The notes: generated by a model from the letters alone, not told the origin. DNA of 64,000 nucleotides from Oikopleura dioica (GCA_907165135.1 OU015568.1:2790001-2854000), one strand, 5' to 3'. Shown: positions 21,395 to 32,105, numbered from the stretch's first letter. Numbers and translations: made by a program.

Positions 21395-22989
21395 AGCATC
21401 TGCAGAGCTCCAAGTTCACTTTCACTGGCGTCAACTCCGAGACTAAGGCCCAAGGCGAGTCCCGCGCTATCATCAATTTCAGCGATTCAAAATTCGCTGG
21501 AACCCGCATTCTAGTGACAGATGGCCACAACGAGCCGCTACTCATCAGCAGTACTGTCACACATCACGCCGCAAATGCTCCATTTGGTGGAACTGGTACC
21601 AAAGGCATTTTTCAACGACGAGATAGCCCTGGAGCAGAAATCTACACACAGGCTCTCAAAATCAAGTCGTACGCTCGTGATCCCTGGAATGCGCTTCTGA
21701 TCGACTCTGGCAACTCCAGTAGCGCAGATTTTCATAGTTACGCTGACGCTCGTCGATCTCAACCCTCTCAAGCTGCCAAAATTCAGCTTAACCCTCCTGC
21801 TCCAGGCCCCAACACCTCTACTTCGGACCTTCTGAGCTACTTGCAAAGCCAGAAAGAGCTCGTTCTTCCATCTTATTACCACAATAGAAGCGAACTTCAT
21901 GAACTCGCCGTTCTTTGTGTCCAGTATGAAGACGTCTCTGGAAGTTTTACTGACGAGCTTGGCCTGTTCTACAGACCCGTCCGAATCCCGACAAATGGCG
22001 AATTCCCCAACTGTGCTGGCAAGCGCTTGTGCTGCACTAAACTCGACACATCCACGCAATTTTCCGTCGCTCGAGTTACCACTGGGGAGCGAGCGAATGT
22101 TGCTGCTCGCACGATTGTCGAAGTGGTGGTTTTCTTTACATTGCCTGATACTCTACACGACCCTGATGTACGCTACGATTCGCCTGAAACTTATGGCAAG
22201 CGGATTAAAATGCTCTCGAAGCTAGCGAAAATCGCCAATCGCTCCGCTGATCTAGCTCTAGAACGCCAACATAAGCGTCTACATCGTGATCGCCTTCTCA
22301 AATACGGCGATATGGTCCATCTCTATCAACCCGTCACTAAGGTAGCCAAGGATTCCAACTGTTACTGGATAGGCCCTTATGAAATCGCCTCAGAAACTGT
22401 CGTCAAAATCGTCGACGGAGCCGATTTTCGTGGCTGGGCTCACCGATCTCATCTGCGTCTGGTCCCACCGCGCAATGATCAACTCAAATCTCCCTCCGAC
22501 CGGGCTCAAAAACAAGAGCTCATTGGTGGCGATGATCTCGATTCGCCTCAAAATCTACTGGTCGGCGCTTCTGGTTCGTATCCTGAACCTCTAGCAAAAA
22601 TACCAAAGGTTGGGAGGCCGGCTGCTGAAAAGCAATTATCAACCTCTGGCATGTCTACTAGAAAAAGAGGAAAAGGGCGAGTCCCGACTCGTTGCCTGAT
22701 CCGAAGCGTCAAAATACAGCTTCACTTCCTCCCTCGACTGCTGGAAATTCAACCGCTCCCGCCCGTTCAACGTCAACTTCAACTACGCCTCGCTCGACTG
22801 ACTTGGTGGAAAATGATGTTCAAGTTTTACCTGTTAAAACGACTTCTGCTCCTCGTGGATGTGCGGCAGACTCTCTACATGGACATCATTTGCATTCACC
22901 TTCTTCGTCAGCTGATCTTTGTTCCTTCTTCGGAAATCCGAGCGTCTTGGGTGGTGAAATCAGGAAAAAACTTCCTTGATTCGAGTTGA
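21226..22989 (+). CDS. Patchwork pol ORF (protease plus fragments of RT, RNase H and integrase)
   Basis: The frame is open from 21226. It contains MFDTGA (aspartic protease), PFG..GIFQR (RT motif-B-like), ELHELAV (RNase H-like), and YWIGPYEI plus HRSHLR (integrase GPY/F tail). There is no YxDD, HHCC or intact DD35E. Confidence 0.8.
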   Translation, partial: LHFPAQLTFSKPSRPDFTVTLAEHSSTVKNGMFDTGADDVILPKWLPKWHIPDELLKHLQSSKFTFTGVNSETKAQGESRAIINFSDSKFAGTRILVTDGHNEPLLISSTVTHHAANAPFGGTGTKGIFQRRDSPGAEIYTQALKIKSYARDPWNALLIDSGNSSSADFHSYADARRSQPSQAAKIQLNPPAPGPNTSTSDLLSYLQSQKELVLPSYYHNRSELHELAVLCVQYEDVSGSFTDELGLFYRPVRIPTNGEFPNCAGKRLCCTKLDTSTQFSVARVTTGERANVAARTIVEVVVFFTLPDTLHDPDVRYDSPETYGKRIKMLSKLAKIANRSADLALERQHKRLHRDRLLKYGDMVHLYQPVTKVAKDSNCYWIGPYEIASETVVKIVDGADFRGWAHRSHLRLVPPRNDQLKSPSDRAQKQELIGGDDLDSPQNLLVGASGSYPEPLAKIPKVGRPAAEKQLSTSGMSTRKRGKGRVPTRCLIRSVKIQLHFLPRLLEIQPLPPVQRQLQLRLARLTWWKMMFKFYLLKRLLLLVDVRQTLYMDIICIHLLRQLIFVPSSEIRASWVVKSGKNFLDSS

Positions 22990-23282
22990 CCACACTCGCA
23001 AGAGTACTCGTAGAAAAAGGGAAGTTTTCTTCAAAGAAAACTCGGCTGGTGTGAGTCTGCTTCTACTCGCGCTCTGATTGGCTCCCGCTGTCCGGAAATG
23101 GTTCGATCTCCGTCCGACATATCTCGACTTTTCGTCTCTACACTGGTGCAATTCCGACGCCACGTTGAGCTGATTGGCTGCCTTTCCCTTCACCTTTCCC
23201 TTCTGCACTTCTACGATGACTCATCTCTACGACTTCAACTCTTCAACCGAAGATTCTCGATCGTCTCTAGAATCTGGGGAGC

Positions 23283-23517
23283 TGTGAGGTCTTAGTGCTG
23301 AAAGTCGGTTAGAGATCTGATTAGGATCTCGCGCCGCGCTCTTCCCTGCCACTTTTACGAACACTGCTTCAGTCCACGCACAGTAAAAGTGCGGAATACA
23401 CGCTTTTATCGGAAACTCCCGTTTCGTGTTTTATTGAAGATATAGCAGAGGCTACGACTAGCTGATAAAGAGAACCGTCTAGTATAGAGAGCATACAGCA
23501 GTACTTAGACGCTTACA
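23283..23517 (+). repeat. 3' LTR
   Basis: Copy of the 5' LTR with one substitution (ccatttttac vs ccacttttac), followed by the TSD aattt. Confidence 0.95.
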
Positions 23518-23529
23518 AATTTCTAATAT

Positions 23530-24095
23530 AATATTAGATTTTAAACAAGAATTTTCGGGGAAATCTTGAGCCCCCTTTTGATTAGCCCATTAAATTTTTC
23601 GCATCAAAAACCCCCTCAGCCAATTTTTAGAAGTCGTGCCCAACTCAACATGCCTAGAGGGCATTTAGAAAATTTTGGATTCCCCTATAATTTTCCCTAA
23701 GGCTTATATAATATGGATAATCTATATATATTTGGAATCCTCATTATCTAACAAGTATGGGGAGCACAAAATTGTGACCTCTCGGAAAGGTCGAGGTCAC
23801 GTGACCCCGGATGACCTTTCCGAGAGGTCACAATTTTGTGCTCCCAATAATTGTTAGATCATGAGGATTCCAAAATATATATATTGTCAACATTATATTT
23901 CCTCTATGGCGGAATATAGGGGAATCGATTTTGTACTTTTGGAACTTCTATCACGTGCTATGACGTCATAAGTTCGCAATTTCGCCAATGTTTCCAACTC
24001 ATCTAGCATAAGTTTTAACACTCTTTCTAATGGGCAAATAAAAAGGGGGTCAGGATTTTACTCGAAAATCCTTATTGAAAATCGTTAGTGAAAAT
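23530..24095. repeat. Foldback palindrome
   Basis: Perfect 32-bp inverted repeat at 23761-23792 / 23813-23844 around a ggtcacgtgacc spacer. The arms continue imperfectly outward (ggaatcctca/tgaggattcc; ttagcccatta/taatgggcaaa; gattttaaacaagaatttt/aaaatccttattgaaaatc). Confidence 0.7.
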
Positions 24096-24208
24096 CGTAA
24101 GTTTGAAATTCTCAAACTTACGTATTCTTTAGAATTAAAGAGCCCGCGCTCATTGGCGGGCCAATCAGCAGCCCTTATTTTCGACACTTTTCGAGACACA
24201 CGCGAAAG

Positions 24209-24700
24209 CAGGGCTGGATATTTTGAAATCAGCAAAAATCTCAAATCGATTTTTGTGTGAAATCTCATTTTCATTTCAAAATTTTGCACCATTTCAACAA
24301 ATTTCAAATTTCAATTTTATTGCAACTTCCTCGTCATTATTTTTCTTTTTTGAAATTGCTGAAATTTCAGAATCTCAGATCTCAAAATTTTGCAAACCGC
24401 GCAATGGCCGCAGACAAACGTCGCGGTCTTAGAGCAAGACTTGTGATTGGTTCAGATGGACCTGAAATGCTTGAGATCTCAGAATTTCAAATTTCATTTC
24501 ATTGCAACGCGCGTATCCAACTCACGCAATTTTCTGAGATAATTGAGATCTCAGCATTTCAAATATCATTTTTTTGCAAAATCGAAAATTGAGATCTCAA
24601 ACAGAAAATTTTCTGAGATTGCATTTTTGAAATGGATGAGATGATGATTCATGTTTTTCGGTGTTTGAGATTTTTGTTGATTTCAAAATATCCAGCCCTG
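24209..24700. mobile_element. hAT-like MITE nested in an older related element
   Basis: TIR cagggctggatattttgaaatca(g/a)caaaaatctcaaa. Perfect 8-bp TSD cgcgaaag (24201-24208, 24701-24708). Internal gagatctc motifs. The host element's right end taccagccctg is at 24800-24810. Confidence 0.92.
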
Positions 24701-24861
24701 CGCGAAAGAGACGCGAAAGTCACTAAAGTCTCGACAAAATAAATTCGCGCACTAATTTTAGTGCACTAAAAATTTTCGACAGATTTTAGGACGCGAATTT
24801 ACCAGCCCTGGTCATCACAATAATAATTTCCATACCTCTGCGATTTTCATGAAAAACTTTC

Positions 24862-25142
24862 TACAGTGAAATGTAAGAATGTTTGTAAAGATATGGCCCC
24901 CTCAGATTCAGGGAGAAGATGTTGTATCTACTTCTTTCGTTTTTCCAGCTACGTTCAAATCGTGAATCAACGAAAATTTTCTCAAAAATCCAATTTTTTG
25001 TCGAGTGGTAAAATGATCCTTCTATTGCTCGGAACAACTTGCTCCTGTTCTTTCCTTTTTCAATCGTCGGTGGAATGATCATGTTCTGCATCAGAAGAAA
25101 AGCGGAAGTTGCCAAGGTTCAAAATCGCGATTCCTTACTAGC
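24862..25142 (+). pseudogene. Deleted copy of the membrane serine protease at 28877
   Basis: Matches the 5' exon and TM/tail exon of 28877-30129 but lacks about 950 bp containing the whole catalytic domain. A second small deletion sits at a ccaag microhomology. Confidence 0.85.
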
Positions 25143-25485
25143 CACCTATTTTCTTTCTGCAACCTTATTTTTTCTCAAGAAATTAAAAACAACAAATTTG
25201 AAAAATTACTGAGCGCCAAAAGAGTATCCATTTTATTACCGGGGACTATTCAGGGCAATTATGGTTGCTGTTGTCCTTTTCAATCATTTGAAAGAAGACA
25301 GTTCGGATAAGGGAAGTTTTTATAATGTTTAGTCAGAAGAATAATATGACCTGGTGTGAGTGTTTCAATTCGGCGGGGGACTCACGGGCGCTACTTATGA
25401 ATGTCTTGTTGGGCAGTCTGGTAGCCACTCTCAAATTTTGTGTAACGGAAACGTCCAATCTCCTGTAAATCCCAAAGCATCATAA

Positions 25486-26530
25486 ATGAACGAGACACAG
25501 GACTATGTGGGGATTGTCAGAAGGTTTGAACAGGACGAGAGTTTTGCGAGGATGTTGAACGAGAGATTGAATTCGCCGAGAGGAAATTCGGTTCAAAGAA
25601 GTTATGTTTCTAACAGGGTTTGGTTTTAACAGAAGAAATCATACCTCTTTATAGAAATTGATATTTATACATTTTTTGAGCAACGTCAACTTGATAGCTC
25701 AGCAAAAAACAGGTAAGAATGGCATTGTTTCATGTATAAGACAAGGCACACTCTTATTAACCTTCCTTTTAATCTTAAAAACGACTGAATAACCGATGTT
25801 ATATCATATTTATGTTAAAACCGTAGGAGCTCTCAAATCGTGAGTTATCAAAATCGTAATCCGAATCTTCGCGGAACTCTGAGCCGTCAAAGTTTCAGCC
25901 GAGCTCACCGAAATCTGTTTGATCTCGCTGGTCAAGGTACTTTTTCAACCCTTTTCATCAAAAATTCCGTTGACTAAGTTCTCGCCTCTCCTCAGCGAAA
26001 TCAAGGAAGAACCACTTCTCAGCCTGTTTGGAGAAATCCCTCGACACAGAATAACCAGAACACGTACAGAAACGTATCCCGATCGTACTCAAGAAGAGTG
26101 AACGAATCAATTGCCGAGCCACCTGAAGACGCTGACGATTCCGTATTCGACCAATCTACAGTTCTTGAGCCGCTGCCGATAATTGAGACAAACAACAATC
26201 GCATCGAAATTCCGCAAAAATTCTTGCCCCTGAAGAAATGCCAAAAGATTCAATACAGCCGCCAAAAATAATTCAAACTTGCAAAGATTTATTGGCCAAA
26301 GAAGGATCGAAATTTTTAAGAATGGGGAGAAACTGCTTCAGAATGCGGTGGAGCAGATGGAAGCAGATTTTCAAGAAATAAAAGGAAATGGCGCTTTGAA
26401 GTTTACCATGCTCTGATGGAGGCAATTACAATTCACTTTTTTGAATATTCATTTTTTCCTACAGTGGGTTGCGCAGGACGTTGCCCCCGAAAGAGCGGGT
26501 GAAGGGGCAACTAATCCTGCAATCACTTTG
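25486..26530 (+). pseudogene. Gene Y copy A (frameshifted)
   Basis: Paralog of 30336-31297. A 1-nt loss after KEGSKF (near 26318) shifts the frame. It retains an exon-like block (26464-26530) absent from copy B. Confidence 0.6.
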
Positions 26531-26671
26531 AGTAAGTCTAGAAAGGATTAATATAAAAAGCGCGGGCAAAGGGGCAACCAAATCTTATGGGTCATGAATA
26601 AATTGAAAGATTGTTTTATTTTATAATAAATTATTACAAGCCTTTATCTTAAGCCATTCTCAGGCCTAAAA

Positions 26672-28397
26672 ATGAAAAACAATGAAATGCAAGAAGACAT
26701 GGATTTGCTATCTGAACGATTTTCCTGTGGCATCTGCTGCAATAGGTACCGATACTCATCCCATTCCTTCCTAAGCCTTCAGTTATGCTGAAGTCAGTCC
26801 AGTAACACTTTCTCGCTGCAATCACGTCTTTTGTCAATTCTGCATTGAAAAAGTCACCGAATGTCCTGCATGCCGAAAACAAATTGACTCCGGCTCTACT
26901 AAGGTACTAAAAACCGGGTAGGCTTCATTTGCCCAAGAGCTTCATCTCCCCAGAGCTTCATCTCCCAAGAGCTTCATCTCCCCAGCCTGGGCAAATGAAG
27001 CTCCTGGGGAGATGAAGCTCTTGGGCAAATGAAGCTCTATTTCGACTTTTTAATATTTCAGAAAAAAATTTGAAATAATATTTTGAGAACTATTCATCCT
27101 TTTCATGTTTAACGCGAATTCGTTGCAATAATAGAATTAAATGAAGTAATATCTTTTCTCGAAAATCATAAATCATCCGAAAATATTTTACCAAAACAGT
27201 TATATTGGACAAGTCTGCTAGACACCGGATAGTTACTGATATATGCTCCGCACATAACCGTATAATTTATATTTTTCTTCATTTATCGTTATTTTAGAAA
27301 ACGAGAAAAATAACAGATAGAGCCAATCTCATAATCATTAAGCTTGATTATTGGTGGATGATTATTTAGGAACGACGTTTCTTAAAGAAGAAAACGTTAT
27401 TATGATGGCTAAGAATGAGTTTTGTCTTTTCTGAAACACATTTTTAGACTTCCAAGTTTATTGAAAAAATTAGTTTTGTTCCGAAGCCCGGCTCAACCAT
27501 TGACCACTAAGTACAATTCGCCCACGCAATTAAGGGTATAGTCATCGATTTTGGTCGGGTCTCCAATTTTTAATCTGAGCACATTTTTAGAATCCCCATA
27601 AAATTCTGAGCAAAAACTCCTTATGATTATTTTGGCTATCTTAACCCATTTGGCCGCAAATTGCGTTTGAAAGTGGCGAAATTTAGTGCATTTTGACCAT
27701 TAGCCGAATATTTTGAAATTTTGACCATTTTTAGGGGCTTCGTAAGGGTGCCATATGATACATTTTTAGAAAGCTTATATTCAGGGCATTTATTTAGGAC
27801 CACGTAGGGTAAATTTGGGCTATGCCCGCAGGGCATTTTATCAAAGCGAAAGGTCAAAATTTGGTAGCTTGGTTCTTTTAAAAATTTTTCAAAGAAAAGT
27901 TTATGATTACAGTATAAGGCTGTGTCATTTTTAAGATAAGGGTCTATATTTTAAGAAAAAAACATAAAATCAATAGATTTATATAGAAACTGTGGACTTA
28001 AAGCGCCGTGAAAAGAGGCTATTTTTGCGTTATTTGGCCGAGAGCTCAACTTTGAGCGATCCGCAAACCATGATTTCCTTGGAAATAACGTAAAAAGCTG
28101 TGACAAAAGTTAGATCTAGGATAGATCTTTTATATGACCTATTTTAGAGCCTCCCACATATTCCAAGTCCCGAGTTATAACCCCCTGAAATCGGCCAAAT
28201 CGACGACTATACCCTTAAAAGCTTCATTTCCCCAGAGCTTCATCTCCTCAAGAGCTTCATTTGCCCAGGCTGGGGAGATGAAGCTCTTGGGGAGATGAAG
28301 CTCTGGGGAGATGAAGCTCTTGGGGAAATGAAGCCTACCCAAAAAAACCCTCTTTCCTCTCTTTCTCATCTCTTTTCAGCCGCTTTACTTTGTCTAA
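26672..28397 (+). CDS. Stand-alone C3HC4 RING-finger mini-protein, copy A
   Basis: Three exons: MKNNEMQEDMDLLSERFSCGICCNSYAEVSPVTLSRCNHVFCQFCIEKVTECPACRKQIDSGSTKPLYFV*. Intron 2 carries a 1.4-kb insertion. Confidence 0.8.
26916..28340. mobile_element. Mutator-like non-autonomous element with palindromic terminal arrays
   Basis: Ends gggtaggcttcatt / aatgaagcctaccc. The flanks ctaaaaacc / aaaaaaacc are a 7/9 TSD. The paralogous intron at 31665-31708 is the empty site. Confidence 0.8.
27534..28214. mobile_element. Kolobok-like MITE (TTAA TSD) nested in the previous element
   Basis: TTAA|gggtatagtcatcgattttggtcg ... cggccaaatcgacgactataccc|TTAA. GG-starting TIRs with a TTAA TSD fit Kolobok rather than piggyBac. 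Confidence 0.75.
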
Positions 28398-28571
28398 AGA
28401 AAATTTGCTGAATACAGTATTCTGTATACATCAAAAATTCTGATACCATAATCATGTTATCAGTAAAGCTCTCCTGTCTGACCAAAAACTCTTATCTTTT
28501 TCTGTAAATACAAGTCGAGTGCGGCAAGCTGACAAGAGCCGCGGATCAAGTCTTTCCTCGTGCAATTTTGC

Positions 28572-28740
28572 TTCTCAAAACACGTCATTGTGACACTATG
28601 CTCTTTAATTTTTTTCTTCCTGGAGATTCTCGAGAGGGGGAACTTGCAGATTTTTCAACAGATGACTTGAAAAATAATTTCACAGATTTTCTCCCGGAAA
28701 AGTTGTACACGATCGGAGTCTCAGAAAAGAACTGATGACA
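28572..28740 (+). pseudogene. 5'-truncated, internally deleted copy of gene X
   Basis: ttctcaaaacacgtc|attgtgacactatgctctttaa...ggaaaagttgtacac aligns to 18884-19059 with a deletion of about 40 bp. Confidence 0.7.
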
Positions 28741-28876
28741 TCTGTTTTACCTTCGATATTCCTGCATTCAAAATAGAGTAATTATAAAAATGATTTCTCT
28801 AAGTTCGTTTTTTCAATTTCTAGAATAAAATGTAAGAATGTTTGTGAAAAAATGGCCTTCACAGATTCAGGGAAAA

Positions 28877-30129
28877 ATGTTGTTTCTACTTCTTCCGTTT
28901 TTCCAAGTATCCTTTTCGAAAGCTATCACGGACACGAGAGTTTTTGACCATGAGTTCCCAAGCTACGTTCAAATCGTGAATCAACGAAGAAAGGGCTTCT
29001 GCGGTGGGACCATTCTTGATTCAAGACATGTTCTCTCAGGTCAGTTTTTTTCTCAAAATTTTGAGTTTCTTGCAAAAATTAACTTCAGCTGCTCATTGTA
29101 ACGTAACTGCTGGTCAAATCGTCCACTATGGAACAGCATCAGTCGGCCCAGAAAGTGGTGATGGCTTCGTAACATTCGTCAGAAAAGTCAGCACGATCGG
29201 CCAGCGACTTCAAGAGTCGAAAATCTGGAGCAACGACATGGCGATTATCAGAGTTTCTCCTCCCTTTCGATTTGACAACGCAAATGTTCGACCGGTGAAA
29301 TTGGGAAGCAAGAAAGAGTTCGACAAATATGTCGAAAAAGGGAAGATCAAATGCTTGTTGGTCGGGAAAGGACGAGTTTCAACAGGAGACAATATCAAGT
29401 ACCCAAAGAATCTTCAGAAGGGGTACCAGATTTTTGACAATACGAGAACTTGTGAGGTAAGTTCTGATCAATTTATTGATTTTTATCACATTTTGCTTTA
29501 AGGGTTATTTCAAGAGAGAAACAGATCTACCGAACATTCCAACATCCGACGGCTGCTTTTTAACAGTTGGCTCTGATGGTTCAACTGGTTGCAAGGGCGA
29601 CTCTGGTGGCCCATTGTTCTGCTTTTTGCCAGAAAAGAAGATTTGGAAACAATTTGGGATCCGGGGCTTAGAAACCTTTCATAATTGTCATCAAATTTTG
29701 CAAATTGAAAGAACCCTTTAAAAAGAATCGCGAGTTTTGCTGATAAAGACTGCGACAAGCGCACTGCTTGGTGGGCTCCTTTTGTCGCTGGCAAATTCAT
29801 CTCAAAGGCAAGTCCCTTTGATCGAGAATCTTGTAAAGTCTTCACGTAAAATTAAGCATTCAAAGCAACACGATCACCTTCTGTCGGAAATCAACGACAA
29901 TGAAGAAGACGACGACGAAACTGAGGAAGATGAAGAAGAGCAAAAGGTATATGAAGATTTTTTAAAAATCAAATTCGTTTAGTCGAGTGGCAAAATGATT
30001 CTTCTATTACTCCTGTTCTTTCCTTTTTCAATCGTCGGTGGAATGATCATGTTCTGCATCAGAAGAAAAACGGAGGTTACCAAGGTTCAAAATCGCGACT
30101 TGCCAGATCTTCCTGAGACTCCTTACTAG
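28877..30129 (+). CDS. Trypsin-family serine protease with C-terminal TM anchor
   Basis: Signal peptide; FCGGTILDSRHVLS|AAHC, NDMAII, GCKGDSGGPLFC (intact H-D-S triad). A GA-AG intron (29658-29725) and a GC-AG intron (29808-29865) lead to an acidic linker, the TM ILLLLLFFPFSIVGGMIMFCI, and a short tail. Confidence 0.85.
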
Positions 30130-30335
30130 CCACTTCTTGCTTTCATCTGTTGCGCTTTTCTTGAAAATTTTAGGAACAAAATAAATTTGAAAACTTTCAG
30201 CGCGAGAAGAGTAACCATTTTATTACCGGTGACTATTCAGGGCAATTATGGTTGTTGTTGAAAAGGAGCATCATTTGAAAGAACACCGTTCGGCCAAGGG
30301 AAGATTTTATACTCGTTAATCCCAAAGCATCATAA

Positions 30336-31297
30336 ATGAACGAGACACAGGACTATGCGGGGATAGTTGAGAGGTTTGAAAGGGACGAGACTTTGGCGAG
30401 GATGGTGAACGAGAGATTGAATTCGCCGAGAGGAAATTCGGTTCAAAGAAGTTATGTTTCGAACAGGTTTCGGTTTTCAAAGCAGAAATCATAAGTTTTC
30501 GTAAAATTATTAACATTGATATTTTTTATGCTGCTCTCGTATTGATTACTTTCGTCTATTTATAACAATAGGGCATTGGCCAAAATCGACATTAAAAAAT
30601 AGGCTTTTTTCTGTTGAAAATTTTTAAGAAACCGAAGGAGTTCTCAAATCGTGAGGGATCAAAATCGCAATCCAAATCTTCGTCGAACTTTGAGCCGTCA
30701 AAGTTTCAGCCGCGCTCGAAGAAATCTACTCGATCTTGCTGGTCAAGGTAGACTTTTCAAATGAATGGAATCCCTGTTAATCCTGAATAAATTTAAAGTT
30801 CTTGCCTCTCCACAGCGCAATCAAGGAAGAACCACTTCTCAGCCTGTTTGGAGAAATCCCTCGACAGAGAACAACCAGGACACTTACAGAAATGTATCGC
30901 GATCGTACTCAAGAAGAGTGAACGAATCCATTGCCGAGCCACCTGAAGACGCCGATGATTCCGTATTCGAGCAATCTACAGTTCTTGAACAGACAGTTCT
31001 TGAGCCGCTGCCGATAATTGAGACGAACAACCATCGCATCGAAATTCCGCAAAAATTCTTGCCCCTGAAAAATACCAAAAAGAAACAATGAACCCGCCAA
31101 AAATGATTCAAACATGCAAAGATTTATTGGCCAAAGAAGGATCGAAATTCTCAGAAAATGGAAAGAACCTGCTTCAGAATGTGCTGGAGCAGATGGAAGC
31201 AGATTTTCAAGAAATAAAAGGAAATGGCGCTATGAATGTTTATCCTGCTCTTGCTGAGGCTATAGCAATACAAGTACCTATACATATTATCAAATAA
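30336..31297 (+). CDS. Gene Y copy B, orphan Arg/Ser-rich protein
   Basis: MNETQDYAGIVERFERDETLARMVNERLNSPRG.. is spliced in phase to RNRRSSQ..RARRNLLDLAGQ|VLASPQRNQG.. and, through a putative 47-nt GC-AG intron, to ..MNPPKMIQTCKDLLAKEG. The 3' end is uncertain. Confidence 0.6.
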
Positions 31298-31433
31298 TCA
31301 TTAATTCATATTTCAAAAACGTTTATTTATTCTAACTTAATGATTCTTATGGTCTTTAAAGCAATTGAAAGATTGTTTTATTGTTTAAGTTATTAAAACA
31401 AGCCTTTATCTTAAGCCATTCTCAGACTTAAAA

Positions 31434-31726
31434 ATGGAAGTAAACGAAATGCAAGAAGACATGGACCTGCTATCTGAACGATTTTCATGCGGAATCTGCT
31501 GCAATAGGTACCGATTCTCAGCTATTTTCTTCCTAAGCCTTCAGTTTTGCTGAAGTCAGTCCGGTCACACTCTCCCGCTGCAATCACGTCTTCTGTCAAT
31601 TCTGCATTGAAAAAGTCACCGAATGTCCTGCATGCCGGAAACCAATTTACTACGGCTCTACCAAGGTATCAAAAAATCCTCTTTTCTCTCTTTCTCATCC
31701 ATTTTCAGCCGCTCTACTTCGTCTAA
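31434..31726 (+). CDS. Stand-alone C3HC4 RING-finger mini-protein, copy B
   Basis: MEVNEMQEDMDLLSERFSCGICCNSFAEVSPVTLSRCNHVFCQFCIEKVTECPACRKPIYYGSTKPLYFV*, with two short GT-AG introns. Confidence 0.85.
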
Positions 31727-32105
31727 AGAAAGTTTGCTGTATACAGTATACATAAAAAATTCTACTACCATAATTATGTTATCAGTAAAGCTCTCCCGTC
31801 TGACCAATTTCTCTTATCTTTCTCTGTAAATTGCCAACTACAAGTCGAGTGCGGCAAGCTGACAAAACTTGAGACACGTTTTTTGCGCTCTTGACAAGTT
31901 TTTTTTCTTTTAAAATATTTTATTGAGTTTGTGTTTGTAAGTTGTTTTCGCACTAAGAGTTTTTCTATCTTAGTTTGTTTTTATACAGCAGAGTTATTTC
32001 TTTGACGATCACAGTATTGGTTGAAGAGGGAAAATGTACACCGTCCCGAGACAATCTTGGGAGCAAAAAAAGAATAATGGCAGTCGAAAGTTTCTTCCGA
32101 GCAAT

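Larger units (their letters stand above)
20075..23517 (+). mobile_element. Young, internally deleted Ty3/gypsy-like (Tor-like) LTR retrotransposon
   Basis: LTRs 20075-20309 and 23283-23517 (235 bp, TG..CA) differ at one base by my comparison. 5-bp TSD AATTT on both sides. PBS-like tggtgac at 20312 and a purine tract ggggag before the 3' LTR. Order of motifs is PR-RT-RH-IN. Confidence 0.93.

Noticed and set aside
20347-22059. Minus-strand ORFs within the LTR element (20545-20853, 20875-21297, 21222-21560, 21538-22059)
   Set aside because: No recognisable motifs; they are explained as shadows of GC-richer plus-strand coding sequence.
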